Assembly (NCBI GenBank): GCA_937884085.1
Contig: CAKZYD010000405.1
Span: forward strand, 1-57,990
Origin: an uncultured Sphingomonadales bacterium
Lineage (GTDB): Bacteria > Pseudomonadota > Alphaproteobacteria > Sphingomonadales > CAKZYD01
Length of the DNA stretch: 57,990 nt
Direction of reading: 5' to 3'
The notes under the pieces are model-generated. The model was not told the DNA's origin. It worked only from the letters and a program-made list of their open reading frames with translations, and did no database searches. Made by a program: the position numbers and the translations under genes. The first letter of the stretch is position 1. The number at the start of each line of letters is the position of its first letter. Shown piece after piece: positions 1-8,992 of this stretch.

Positions 1-285
1 GAACTGCAAGTTACGCGGGCCTTGATCAATTTGTGATGCACCAGGAATGGACCGGAGCAGCTCAGCATTGTCGATGGTGATCGCTGCTTCAATGGAGGCC
101 CCATCAATCACTGAGATATTGTACGGCACATCCAAGACATTTTCGACACGGCGCTGCGTGGTGACAAAAATCTCTTCCACCGGATCATCAATGGAGGTCT
201 GTGCCAAGGCATGGGCGGGGGTGAGAGCGGTAGTGCTTAAAGCAAGACAGGCAAGGCCTGTGCGGGTTTGAAAAGAGCGTGTCAT
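1..285 (-). CDS. TonB-dependent receptor, N-terminal fragment (gene continues past the window start)
   Basis: Missing from the ORF track because it is open at the window edge. My reverse-strand translation from the ATG at 283-285 reads MTRSFQTRTGLACLALSTTALTPAHALAQTSIDDPVEEIFVTTQRRVENVLDVPYNISVIDGASIEAAITIDNAELLRSIPGASQ. That is a signal peptide followed by a typical TBDR plug-domain start. The + strand ORF 47..271 is its antisense shadow. Confidence 0.6.
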   Translation of the reverse strand, partial: MTRSFQTRTGLACLALSTTALTPAHALAQTSIDDPVEEIFVTTQRRVENVLDVPYNISVIDGASIEAAITIDNAELLRSIPGASQIDQGPRNLQF

Positions 286-304
286 GGTGTTTCCCTGATA
301 GTGC

Positions 305-1180
305 TTATGTGTCTCCAGGCATTTTGAGTGTGCCCAGTGTGTTTAAAAACGGCGCCGCTTTGCGGTCTGAGTAGAGGGGGTAGTCGACATCGGTGTCGCG
401 GAAGCTTTTGAGCTGCTGGCCAAGGCGGTTCCAGCCGTCTTCGCGGATGCGGCGCACCAGATCCAAGTCCACATCAATGGCCATGATTTCTTTCGCCTCG
501 CCCGCTTGGTGCAAGACTTCTCCACCCGGTCCAGCGACGATAGAGCGGCCATTGCCGACGGGCGCCGCGCAATTCATGTCGAAAAAATAACACTGGTTCG
601 TTGCCGCGCTGGCCCGCGCGATGGCCAGCTCTGCATCCCGATCAATGGTGTTGGTCAGGCTTGGGTGGAGAATGACCTCCGCGCCTGCGCACGCCATGGC
701 ACGGGTCGTCTCCGGGAACCACATGTCATAACAGATGGAGAGGCCGAATGTGCCCACATCCGGCACATCGAACACCGTCACGCTGTTTCCGCAGGCAACA
801 TCTTTCTCATAGGGCAGAAAGGGATAAATTTTCCGGTGCCGAGCGATAATCTCGCCCTCAGGTGTGATAACAGGCGCGCTGTTGAAGACAGTGGCGCCGT
901 CAGCTTCATAGATGCTGCCGGGGACGAACCACAGACCTGCCTCTTTCGCGGCCGCCTGATAGGCCTGCTCTGCCCGCCCGCCGCGCGGCTCAGCATGCTT
1001 TACGCCTGCGCCATAGCTGGCAAGCTCGGGAACAAGCGCCATATCGAGCCAAGGAAAGCGGCGCTTTAGGGATAGCAGCTCGCTGCAGATCTCATCCACA
1101 TTGTCTCTAGCGTGGACTTCAAGCTGTAGTCCAGCGATGGAAAATCGTGCCATGTCCGGCATCCCGTTTGCGCAGTGCAT
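305..1180 (-). CDS. Carbon-nitrogen hydrolase (nitrilase superfamily amidohydrolase)
   Basis: 291-aa ORF with CN-hydrolase hallmarks: an early Glu region (ALVPELASYG), HRKIYPF (catalytic Lys) and LSICYDMWFPE (catalytic Cys). The true start may be the internal Met at 1153 (MARFSIAGLQLEV). Confidence 0.8.
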   Translation of the reverse strand: MHCANGMPDMARFSIAGLQLEVHARDNVDEICSELLSLKRRFPWLDMALVPELASYGAGVKHAEPRGGRAEQAYQAAAKEAGLWFVPGSIYEADGATVFNSAPVITPEGEIIARHRKIYPFLPYEKDVACGNSVTVFDVPDVGTFGLSICYDMWFPETTRAMACAGAEVILHPSLTNTIDRDAELAIARASAATNQCYFFDMNCAAPVGNGRSIVAGPGGEVLHQAGEAKEIMAIDVDLDLVRRIREDGWNRLGQQLKSFRDTDVDYPLYSDRKAAPFLNTLGTLKMPGDT

Positions 1181-1295
1181 TCAAAATTGATGCAGATGCG
1201 AAATGGGTATAGGGCCAGTTTATAGAGAATGATGGTGCCAGTTTCTGCGACCAAATCAGCTGTTGCTTATTTGTCGCGCAGTGTAAGCACTCCAC

Positions 1296-2891
1296 TCAGC
1301 GGGCTATAATGCCCCAATCAATCAAACGGCCTTCGGCATTGAGCCAGTGCATCCGGTCCCCGGTGATGGCGACGCGAAATCGGCCCACTTCGCCATAGGC
1401 CCAGCTCGTCCATTGCCGGCACCAAAAATCCTCTTCAACCCACCATTGTCCGGTATCGCGATCCTCGCTAGCAAAGCCAGCGCTTCCGGTCATGGTGCCG
1501 TCAACGTTGAGATGGATGGTACATGGTTCCTCATAGACGGTTTTACACAGCAACGTTGCCCCGGTGCAGGCTGCAACAAGCGCGCTATGGCCCAAGGGCG
1601 TGAGATGGGGTTGAGCACTGACCGCGCCGCCGCCCATGCTGTCCCGCAGCGCTTGCGCGACGCGGGCGACGCCGTCGCGGATGCTGGCTTCCTCAATACC
1701 ACTCACACCAAGCCGAAACACATTGGCAGGCGCGTTTTCGGGATAATAACGGCTAACTGGTTCAAGCAGCGCGCCATAGGCTTCAGCTTGTTTGACAAAT
1801 CGCGCCACATCCAGGTCGTCAGGCCCCGTAATCCAAGCTGCCGCGCCTAAGCGCGGTGCAATAAAAGATACCGTGCGCGGTAGATAGTGGTTGAGGGCGT
1901 CTTGCAGCGCTGTCATCCGGCGCGCAAAGGCTGTTTCCACGCGCCGTAGTGCTTTTGTATAAAGCCCGAGAGACAGCATCTGCGCAAAGGTACTTTGCAG
2001 CGTCAAAGCCGGGCTGCGCGCTGTAATGCGGCGCGCTGTCCGCGCGGCACGGATAACAGGCGCTGGCGCAATCAAAACACCCAATCGCACGGCGGCGGCA
2101 AGGGGCTGGGCCAACGAGGCCACATAAATGACCTCACCGCCGCCAGGTTCACCGCGCAACGCGAGAGTGTCAGAGAAAGCAAAACCAGCCTCCCACTGAT
2201 AATCATCCTCTACAATAACGAGACCGTGTTTTTCGGCAATATCAAGCAGTCGCGCTCTGCGCCCAGTCGGCATTGCCACCCCCGTCGGCCGCTGGCGGCT
2301 TGGCGAAACAAAGAGAATATCGCATTTGGCCAGCCTCGTCTCATCAATACTGAGCCCGTGTTCATCAACATCAAAGAATTCCAGCTTAGCGCCTTTCGCC
2401 CGCAGCAAGCGCCGCAAATCTGGACTGCATGGACTTTCAAGCCCAACCACGCTGCGCCGACCAACCAACGCTTCACATATCAGATGAAGCCCTTGCTGCG
2501 CGCCGGTGGTAATGAGGATATCTTCTGCGCGCGCAGAAATCCCACGCCGCGGCAAAACCTTCTTGCGTAATTCCTCAATCAACTCAGGATCATCTGAATC
2601 CCCGGCATCGCGGCTCCACGCCGCCACCTCCGACAACGCCATGGCCCCGCGGCTCGCTTCGCGCCATTCTGCGATGGGAAAGAGCGACTGATCAAACGGC
2701 CCATCGATAAAGGGAAAGGGATAACGTTCCCAATCGGGCATTAGCGCCTCTTCTGGGTGTCCGCGCAGCGCCAACCGAGCTTCCCATTTCTTAGCATCGC
2801 TGCGCGGCGCCGGTCCGGAGATACGCGGCGCCGTTGGCTCGGCATCGCCCGCCCGGCCGACATAAAGCCCGCTGCGTAGCCGCGATACCAT
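1296..2891 (-). CDS. PLP-dependent aminotransferase-like (fold type I) domain of a MocR/GabR-family regulator, with an extra ~100-aa C-terminal extension
   Basis: 531-aa ORF. Its N-terminus (VSRLRSGLYVGR..MPDWERYPFPFIDGPFDQSLFP) matches the linker and the start of the AAT-like domain of MocR regulators. It is in the same reading frame as the GntR HTH fragment 2916..3089, from which it is separated only by two TAG codons (see findings). Confidence 0.75.
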   Translation of the reverse strand: MVSRLRSGLYVGRAGDAEPTAPRISGPAPRSDAKKWEARLALRGHPEEALMPDWERYPFPFIDGPFDQSLFPIAEWREASRGAMALSEVAAWSRDAGDSDDPELIEELRKKVLPRRGISARAEDILITTGAQQGLHLICEALVGRRSVVGLESPCSPDLRRLLRAKGAKLEFFDVDEHGLSIDETRLAKCDILFVSPSRQRPTGVAMPTGRRARLLDIAEKHGLVIVEDDYQWEAGFAFSDTLALRGEPGGGEVIYVASLAQPLAAAVRLGVLIAPAPVIRAARTARRITARSPALTLQSTFAQMLSLGLYTKALRRVETAFARRMTALQDALNHYLPRTVSFIAPRLGAAAWITGPDDLDVARFVKQAEAYGALLEPVSRYYPENAPANVFRLGVSGIEEASIRDGVARVAQALRDSMGGGAVSAQPHLTPLGHSALVAACTGATLLCKTVYEEPCTIHLNVDGTMTGSAGFASEDRDTGQWWVEEDFWCRQWTSWAYGEVGRFRVAITGDRMHWLNAEGRLIDWGIIAR

Positions 2892-2915
2892 CTACCCGTC
2901 CGCAACTATGCGAGC

Positions 2916-3089
2916 CTAGGCACCTGCGGCCGTAGTACGTGAGTCCCCAAGAGCGGCGCCCAACTTCCGGCTAGAGGGCAGTTTCATACCCTCAGGCAAA
3001 AGCCCCAGCTCAATCCCATCTACCACCTGCCGCCGGATTTGTTCCTGCATGGGTATGTCAGCGCCGCGATCGATGTCGAATTTAAGCAT
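2916..3089 (-). pseudogene. GntR-type winged-HTH domain fragment of the same MocR-family gene, ended by an in-frame TAG
   Basis: The last 57 codons of track ORF 2916..3413, from the ATG at 3087-3089, read MLKFDIDRGADIPMQEQIRRQVVDGIELGLLPEGMKLPSSRKLGAALGDSRTTAAGA*. This is a classic GntR/MocR HTH (LPSSRxLAxxLGVSRxT). It is in frame with 1296..2891, with TAG codons at 2916-2918 and 2892-2894. The upstream part of the track ORF (3090..3413) does not look protein-like. Confidence 0.7.
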
Positions 3090-3393
3090 TCGCACACAGT
3101 AAAGTGAGGCTTTAAAAAGACAAAAGGTTTGTTGCAAAAGAGGATTTGGCAACCTCTTTGAGCGGATTGGGCGAAGGATCCAGCTTTGATAAGATCGTGC
3201 ACGTGCCTCATCTCGCCTGCATGGCCTTGTCCTTATAGCGCCCGAGGGGCGAGGAGAGGATGTCTTCGATGATCCCTCGTTCGCCAGTTTTGATGTCTGC
3301 GATGGCCGCTGCGGTCTTGGCCAGCTGTCGCAGCGGCGCGGCGGCCTGGATCGCAAGCGGGCCCTTGGATGCGCTGCACCTCTCGGCGCGCCT

Positions 3394-4107
3394 GTGTGCA
3401 TGAGCACTGTCAAAGCGCGGCGAATGGCGCTAGGGTCCAGGCTCTACTTGGTGGCTTCAATTGGTGGGAGCAGTGTTTTGATCCTTGTGCATCATTTGCG
3501 GGTAGGCCGCTCGGTTTTCACGGTGTGGCTGCTAGAAGAGCTCGGCCTCGACTATGAGCTGAAACTCTATGACCGGCTGGACACTGGCCGGGCGCCGCCG
3601 TCGCTGAAAGACGCGCATCCGTTGGGCAAGTCGCCCGTGATTGAGATTGATATCGCCGGCGAGCGCCTCACGCTGGCTGAGTCAGGCGCCATTGCCAGCG
3701 TTCTGGTTGAGCATTTTGACCCGGCGCATGTGTTTGCGCCGCCGCGCAGCGATGAAGCTGCCTTTGCCAAATGGACGAATTGGCTGCACTATCCCGAAGG
3801 CTCCGGTGTGCTGCCGCTTATCTTCAAGCTGCTGACCAGCCGGGCGGGCGAGCCGGTCAACCCTATCGTCGATGCTTTCACACAAGGCGAGCTGGACCTG
3901 CATCTGGGCTATCTGAACGACATCCTGTCCGCGCAAAACTATGTCTGCGGCGATATCTTCCAAGCGCCGGATGTGGGCGTCACCTTCCTGGCGCAAATGG
4001 CTATGGGGCTGGAACTGCTGGCCGACTATCCTGGCATTGCCAGCTATCTGCAGAAAAATATGAGCCGGCCCGCCTTTAGCCGCGCGGTTGAAAAAACGGG
4101 GGGCTAG
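3394..4107 (+). CDS. Glutathione S-transferase family protein
   Basis: HHLRVGRSVFTVWLLEELGLDYELKLYDR is a typical GST N-terminal thioredoxin-like start (HHLxxSRSxRxxWLLEEL), followed by an alpha-helical C-terminal domain. The real start is probably an internal GTG/TTG near 3470; the first ~25 codons of the ORF are likely not translated. Confidence 0.8.
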   Translation: MCMSTVKARRMALGSRLYLVASIGGSSVLILVHHLRVGRSVFTVWLLEELGLDYELKLYDRLDTGRAPPSLKDAHPLGKSPVIEIDIAGERLTLAESGAIASVLVEHFDPAHVFAPPRSDEAAFAKWTNWLHYPEGSGVLPLIFKLLTSRAGEPVNPIVDAFTQGELDLHLGYLNDILSAQNYVCGDIFQAPDVGVTFLAQMAMGLELLADYPGIASYLQKNMSRPAFSRAVEKTGG

Positions 4108-4119
4108 AGCGCTGGGTTG

Positions 4120-5076
4120 TCAGGGCTTGTCAGCATCGACAGTGGCGATGAACGTTCGGACAATCTGCATGTAGGGGCCGGGCACGCGTGAAAAGGAAGC
4201 GTGGGCCACGTCTGGGATGACTTCGAGACGGCTATCCGGCACCAAAGCGGCAAAGCGCGCCAGTGTTTCAGGCCGGGCTTCGTCATATTCCCCGGTGATG
4301 AACAGCGTTGGCGCCTTGATGTCTTTCAAACGCGGCGTCAAATCGAAATCGACCAGGGAGCCGGTCGCATAAAACTCGCTGGGGCCCCACATTTGCTCAT
4401 AGATGGCGTTGTTTCCGGAAACGCCTGAACAGTCAAAATCTCTCTCGGCAGCCTCGCCGCGCGAGACAAACTGTTTGTAGAAGGCCCGCGTTGCTTGCGC
4501 ATAGGCTTTGCTGTCAGTCGTGCCTGCTTTTTCTTCCGCGCTCAGCACGGCTTGAACGTCGCCCGGCAGCTGCCCGCGCAGCAGATTGGCATCTGCAATC
4601 CATCGCGGCGTTGAGAGGAGCGGCGAGGATAAGATGAGAGACTTCACGCCATCGCCGCCGGTTTGTAGATAATAGTATGCGGCCAGTGCGCCGCCCCAAC
4701 TGTGGCCGAGGATGTGTACCTCATCGAGCCCCAGCGCGGCGCGCACAGCGGCCACTTCTTCCACAAATCTATCGCGGTTCCAAAGCGTCTTATCAGTCGG
4801 CCGTCCAGAGCGCCCGCCGCCCAACTGGTCATAGCGTATCACTGGCCGGGTATCGCCCAGCGGCGCCAGGTACTGATAATAGCAGGTGTATGAACCCGGG
4901 CCGCCATGCAGCAAGAGCAGCGGCGTGCCCTCTCCGCCGCCCATGATTTCATACCAAACCGGCCCGCCCGGCACATCGACGAAGCCGCTTTTGCGCGCAA
5001 TGTCCTGCGCAAGCGCGCGCGTTGACACGCAAAGCAGCAGGGCGGCAACAAGGAAAACACATCTCTTCATAGTCAC
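4120..5076 (-). CDS. Secreted alpha/beta hydrolase, proline iminopeptidase (S33) family
   Basis: Signal peptide MTMKRCVFLVAALLLCVSTRALA, an LLLLHGGPGS oxyanion motif and a GHSWGG nucleophile elbow. 318 aa. Confidence 0.8.
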   Translation of the reverse strand: MTMKRCVFLVAALLLCVSTRALAQDIARKSGFVDVPGGPVWYEIMGGGEGTPLLLLHGGPGSYTCYYQYLAPLGDTRPVIRYDQLGGGRSGRPTDKTLWNRDRFVEEVAAVRAALGLDEVHILGHSWGGALAAYYYLQTGGDGVKSLILSSPLLSTPRWIADANLLRGQLPGDVQAVLSAEEKAGTTDSKAYAQATRAFYKQFVSRGEAAERDFDCSGVSGNNAIYEQMWGPSEFYATGSLVDFDLTPRLKDIKAPTLFITGEYDEARPETLARFAALVPDSRLEVIPDVAHASFSRVPGPYMQIVRTFIATVDADKP

Positions 5077-5161
5077 TTTTTGGGGTTTCAGCGGCGCTCG
5101 GTCCAGTCATAATTCGCAAAGCATAAGGCAACGCTTTTAAAGCAAGAGCGCCCGCTATAGG

Positions 5162-5845
5162 GTGCGCCGCATGTGGCGCCTTTATCATTATGCTCTCTGC
5201 CCCTTCTCGCGCAAAATCCGGCTCACGCTGGCGGAGCTGCGGCTGGATTTTGATGTGGTGAATGAAAAGCCCTGGGAGCGGCGCACCGACTTTCTCGTGC
5301 TCAATCCCGCCGCGCAAACGCCGGTGCTGACCTGTGATGATGATGAGCGGGTCCTGGCCGATTCCGCTGCCATCTTTGAATATGTGCAGAGCGAGTATGG
5401 CGCGGATATCAACCTGCTGGGCGAGACGGCGCTGGCAGCGGCGGAGGCAAGGCGGCTGGCGGCCTGGTTCGACTTAAAGTTCTATGCCGACATCACCACG
5501 CACGCCTTTTCTGAAATGGTGTTCAAGCGCTTCATTGAAAAAGCCCCGCCCGATGGCCGGGCCATCCGCGCGGCCAAACACAATCTGGATGTCCACTTGG
5601 GCTATATTGACCACCTGTTCTTTGAGCGCCGCTGGCTGGCGGGCGATAGCTTTTCCATCGCCGATATCGCCGCCGCAGCCCAGCTCTCGGTGATTGACTA
5701 TTTCGGCATGGTTCCCTGGTCTGCGCATGCCCCCGCGCAAGATTGGTACGCGCGGGTAAAAAGCCGGCCCAGCATGCGCCCCCTCTTGGCTGACCGCGTC
5801 GCCGGCCTACCCCCTGCAGCCCATTATGACCAGCTCGACTTTTGA
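5162..5845 (+). CDS. Glutathione S-transferase-like protein
   Basis: The N-terminus LYHYALCPFSRKIRLTLAEL is thioredoxin-fold/GST-like and is followed by a helical C-terminal domain. The 3' end overlaps queG by 20 nt. Confidence 0.75.
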   Translation: MRRMWRLYHYALCPFSRKIRLTLAELRLDFDVVNEKPWERRTDFLVLNPAAQTPVLTCDDDERVLADSAAIFEYVQSEYGADINLLGETALAAAEARRLAAWFDLKFYADITTHAFSEMVFKRFIEKAPPDGRAIRAAKHNLDVHLGYIDHLFFERRWLAGDSFSIADIAAAAQLSVIDYFGMVPWSAHAPAQDWYARVKSRPSMRPLLADRVAGLPPAAHYDQLDF

Positions 5846-6935
5846 GCCCGCGCGGCTGATAGACAAGGCCAGGGCGCTTGGCTTTGATGCCTGCGCCATC
5901 GCCCCCGCGCGCACCAGCGAGGCCGCACAGGAGGCCCTCAAAGCCTTCGTTGACGCTGGCCACCATGGGGAGATGGCCTGGATGGAAGACACGCTGGAGC
6001 GCCGCCTCTCGCCCGAAGCCATGTGGCCCGAGGCCCGCGCGGCCATCATGCTCACCGCCAATTATGGCCCGCTGTCCAACCCGCTAGAAGACCTGGCCTT
6101 TCAAGACCGCGGCCTCATCTCCGTTTATGCCCGCAATAAGGATTATCACGACGTCCTCAAAAAGCGGCTGAAGGCGCTGGCGCGGTGGTTTGCTGAGGAG
6201 GCGGGCGCGCAGGTCAAAGTCTTCGTTGACACCGCCCCGATCATGGAAAAGCCGCTGGCCGCCGCGGCCGGGCTCGGCTGGCAAGGCAAGCACACCAACC
6301 TCGTCTCGCGCCAATCGGGCAGCTGGCTGTTCCTAGGCTCCATCTTAACGGACGCCGCGCTGCCCGCTGATGCACCCGAAGTGGACCATTGCGGGCGCTG
6401 CCAATCTTGCCTAGACGTCTGCCCCACCGATGCCTTCCCCGCCCCCTATCAGCTTGATGCGCGGCGCTGCATCTCCTATCTCACCATTGAGCATAAGGGC
6501 CACATCCCCGAAGAATTCCGAAAGCCCATAGGCAACCGCATCTATGGCTGCGATGATTGCCTGGCCGTCTGCCCCTGGAACAAATTCGCCCAGGTCGCCC
6601 ACGACGCAGCCTTCCACCCCCGCCCAGAGCTAACCCTCCCAGCCCTCGCCGACCTCCTTAGCCTAGACGAGGAAAGCTTCCGCCAAGTCTTCACCGCCAG
6701 CCCCATAAGACGCATTGGCCGAGACCGGTTTATAAGGAACGTGCTGATTGCGGCTGGCAATAGCGGGGCGGCAGCGCTGGTGGAGTCCGTTAAAGCGCAT
6801 CTGGAAGACCCGAACCCGATAGTGCGCGCTATGGCTGTCTGGGCGCTGCGGCAGTTGTTAGGGGATCGGGCTGATGTGGTGTTGGCCGGGATACGGGCGC
6901 GGGAGACGGATTTAGGTGTGTTAGCGGAGATTTAA
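5826..6935 (+). CDS. queG: tRNA epoxyqueuosine(34) reductase
   Basis: Two 4Fe-4S ferredoxin motifs (CGRCQSCLDVCPTDAF, GCDDCLAVCPWNKF), a CISYLTIEHKG motif and a C-terminal HEAT-like repeat (DPNPIVRAMAVWALRQL). 369 aa. Confidence 0.9.
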   Translation: MTSSTFEPARLIDKARALGFDACAIAPARTSEAAQEALKAFVDAGHHGEMAWMEDTLERRLSPEAMWPEARAAIMLTANYGPLSNPLEDLAFQDRGLISVYARNKDYHDVLKKRLKALARWFAEEAGAQVKVFVDTAPIMEKPLAAAAGLGWQGKHTNLVSRQSGSWLFLGSILTDAALPADAPEVDHCGRCQSCLDVCPTDAFPAPYQLDARRCISYLTIEHKGHIPEEFRKPIGNRIYGCDDCLAVCPWNKFAQVAHDAAFHPRPELTLPALADLLSLDEESFRQVFTASPIRRIGRDRFIRNVLIAAGNSGAAALVESVKAHLEDPNPIVRAMAVWALRQLLGDRADVVLAGIRARETDLGVLAEI

Positions 6936-7080
6936 TAAACTATATTAACGTATCAAATGTCTACAACTAAGGTTCATAAATTTAAAGATATATCCATTTC
7001 CCATAGTCTATCGCTATAATATGTAGTGCGGCTCTTTAAAACCCATTTATAAGACCGATTTCCAGATAGGATAAATAATA

Positions 7081-7719
7081 CTAATCTTTTCGAAGACTTC
7101 TTGTTAGCATATAAACACTGGTCGAAGGGTTCCCATCTTCATTATCTTCATATTTTCTATTGGCCCGCTGCCGCTCAGCTCGTTTTTCTGCTTCAGAAAT
7201 TTTATCAACAAATAGAGAAAAGTCTGCAATCTTTCCAGCTTTGGGATTATACTCCCCGATTAAGGTCTTTGTTATAGCTTGAGCTTCATGTCGAGAACAT
7301 GGCGCGTCGTAATCGTCAAAATGAAGGTTTATCCAAAGTTCGAAACATGGATCGGAATAAGCATAGGATATTCCAGCTCGATCACAGATTTGTTTTGCTT
7401 CACCATAACAGGTGAAGTCGTCTCGATCGAAAACCGCCCATACTTCATCTTTTTCTTCGAAGGAGTTAAGTCTTTTCTTACGTCTTGTTTTACTTAGCCC
7501 CTTTTGATCAGCGAATTTTACAGCGGCGTTGGCAACAGTTTTTGGCGCACCCAAGGGCCCTTTATATATTATCTTAGTTCGACGGGAATCTAGCGTTGAG
7601 CCAATGGTATTAAAGTAGCTTTTCTCGGTTTTCTCGCCTTCTGAAAACAGATAAAAATATCGTTTAGCTGAGCGCGTTGCAGGTGATCTCTTTAGAGCGC
7701 GCTTGCGTTTGAATCTCAT
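7081..7719 (-). CDS. RloB-like / Toprim-like protein (AbiLii/RloB-type partner of the upstream ATPase)
   Basis: I prefer the Met at 7717-7719 (MRFKRKRALKR...), which leaves a 10-nt gap after the ATPase stop. The track ORF extends to 7785 and would overlap that gene. Motifs: YFYLFSEGEKTEKSYF (conserved acidic Toprim Glu), VWAVFDRDDF (DxD) and YSDPCFELWINLHF (RloB-family signature as I recall it). The gene lies in AT-rich DNA. Confidence 0.75.
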   Translation of the reverse strand: MRFKRKRALKRSPATRSAKRYFYLFSEGEKTEKSYFNTIGSTLDSRRTKIIYKGPLGAPKTVANAAVKFADQKGLSKTRRKKRLNSFEEKDEVWAVFDRDDFTCYGEAKQICDRAGISYAYSDPCFELWINLHFDDYDAPCSRHEAQAITKTLIGEYNPKAGKIADFSLFVDKISEAEKRAERQRANRKYEDNEDGNPSTSVYMLTRSLRKD

Positions 7720-7729
7720 GGCGGCGGTA

Positions 7730-8992
7730 TCAAAATGGAGTAGCGCCGAAACGACCCTGTAGATAGCCCTTTTCGATATTATCACTAGGTCTAGTTCGAA
7801 TGTCTGTTAGTGGGTAGATTTCCGTTGCACCTATCTTCGATTTAGCAACGAACCACACTTGATCCCTTCTAAAGCAATCACTGTCCAATAAATTAGTATC
7901 GTGGGTGGTTGCTAACATTTGCGCGCCGTGAGGATTATGTTCCTTGGAACAAAACATGTTGAGTAGCTTTTCCGATGCCTGAGTATGCAAGCTTAGATCG
8001 AGTTCATCTACAATGACGATGCCGCCAACCTTTAATACGCCGAGGACTTTGGGTAAAGCCGACAACAGGCGCAGCGTGCCAGCACTTTCCATCTGGATTG
8101 GAAAGTGTTTGCTTCCGCCGTCTTCGCTTTGATGCTCTAGCTCAATAACCTTGTCATCATCGTCGGGTGACTCGAATTTTAAGTCAGCCTCTACCTCATG
8201 AAGGATAGACTGTACCGCGAGATTGAGCTTTTTGGTCAGTTCCCTTTCTTCATCAGACAATTCGCGGTCTTTCGTGCGATACCCTATAATTCCAGTGTTT
8301 ATCTCTCCGAGAAAATCGATCACGCCATGATCTATTTTCCATTGGTGCTCTTTTTTAAGTCGCTGCTCGGCTGCAGGCCCCGACATGCTCAATGAGGTCT
8401 CTAGTTGGATTGAATCGAAGAAATTGAAAACCCTGGTCAACTGTTCATGGCTGTTTTGCGCAGCTGCAGAGAGAAAAAGGCTATTAGCCCGCGTTAAATC
8501 TGCAATGGTGGAATTTCGGCCTTTCAAGTTTCTGCCGAAGCTAAAGTTCTGACCGTCGCGTTCAAATAGTTTTCTAGGAGTGCCTAGCGGATAAGAGTAC
8601 AACCATTCTTCGGAAACGGAGTCTTCTAGGATTGCAAAGCCATAATTGAACCTTACTGCATCCAGAATAAAGTTGATCTCAAAAACTGTTGGTTCAGAAG
8701 TCGAAGTGTTGTCGAGTAGGAATGGTTTTCTCGTTGGGATCGAGCCACCGGGTTGTCCCTTCGTTTGCGAGAACAAGACTGTAGAAATCATGGCATTGAA
8801 TGCCCGGATCAAGTTAGTTTTTCCTGAAGCGTTGGCTCCGTAAAGCAATATTGCTGGAAGAAGCCTTCCTTCGCTAATCGCGTCCGTTAAAATAATGCCA
8901 TTTTCACAGTCTTTGAGGCTGGAAGCCACAAATGAAAGCACTTCCCTTTTTTTGATCGAGCGATAATTCTCAACCTCAAACGAGATAATCAT
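7730..8992 (-). CDS. AAA15/AAA21-type (ABC-fold) ATPase, AbiLi/RloA/AriA-like
   Basis: 420 aa. Walker A is GANASGKT (aa 52-59, nt 8816-8839). There is an ABC-signature-like ESAGTLRLL, a Walker B IVIVDELDLSLH (aa 325-336) and an H-loop ATTHD. A ~100-aa charged, helical insertion sits between the two nucleotide-binding halves. The C-terminal tail is YLQGRFGATPF. A strong RBS (GAGGAG) lies 9 nt upstream of the ATG. Confidence 0.85.
   Translation of the reverse strand: MIISFEVENYRSIKKREVLSFVASSLKDCENGIILTDAISEGRLLPAILLYGANASGKTNLIRAFNAMISTVLFSQTKGQPGGSIPTRKPFLLDNTSTSEPTVFEINFILDAVRFNYGFAILEDSVSEEWLYSYPLGTPRKLFERDGQNFSFGRNLKGRNSTIADLTRANSLFLSAAAQNSHEQLTRVFNFFDSIQLETSLSMSGPAAEQRLKKEHQWKIDHGVIDFLGEINTGIIGYRTKDRELSDEERELTKKLNLAVQSILHEVEADLKFESPDDDDKVIELEHQSEDGGSKHFPIQMESAGTLRLLSALPKVLGVLKVGGIVIVDELDLSLHTQASEKLLNMFCSKEHNPHGAQMLATTHDTNLLDSDCFRRDQVWFVAKSKIGATEIYPLTDIRTRPSDNIEKGYLQGRFGATPF

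Noticed and set aside
47-271. 74-aa + strand ORF at the window start
   Set aside because: It is antisense to a much more convincing TonB-dependent receptor N-terminus (signal peptide plus plug) on the - strand. Its sequence is low-complexity and not protein-like.
3090-3413. N-terminal two thirds of track ORF 2916..3413 (Pro/Arg/Ser-rich), plus a protein-like 58-codon frame on the - strand (..KGPLAIQAAAPLRQLAKTAAAIADIKTGERGIIEDILSSPLGRYKDKAMQAR*)
   Set aside because: Only the last 57 codons (from the Met at 3089) form a GntR HTH. The upstream part is arginine/proline-rich junk typical of off-frame GC-rich DNA. The alternative frame reads plausibly but has no start codon and is too short to support.
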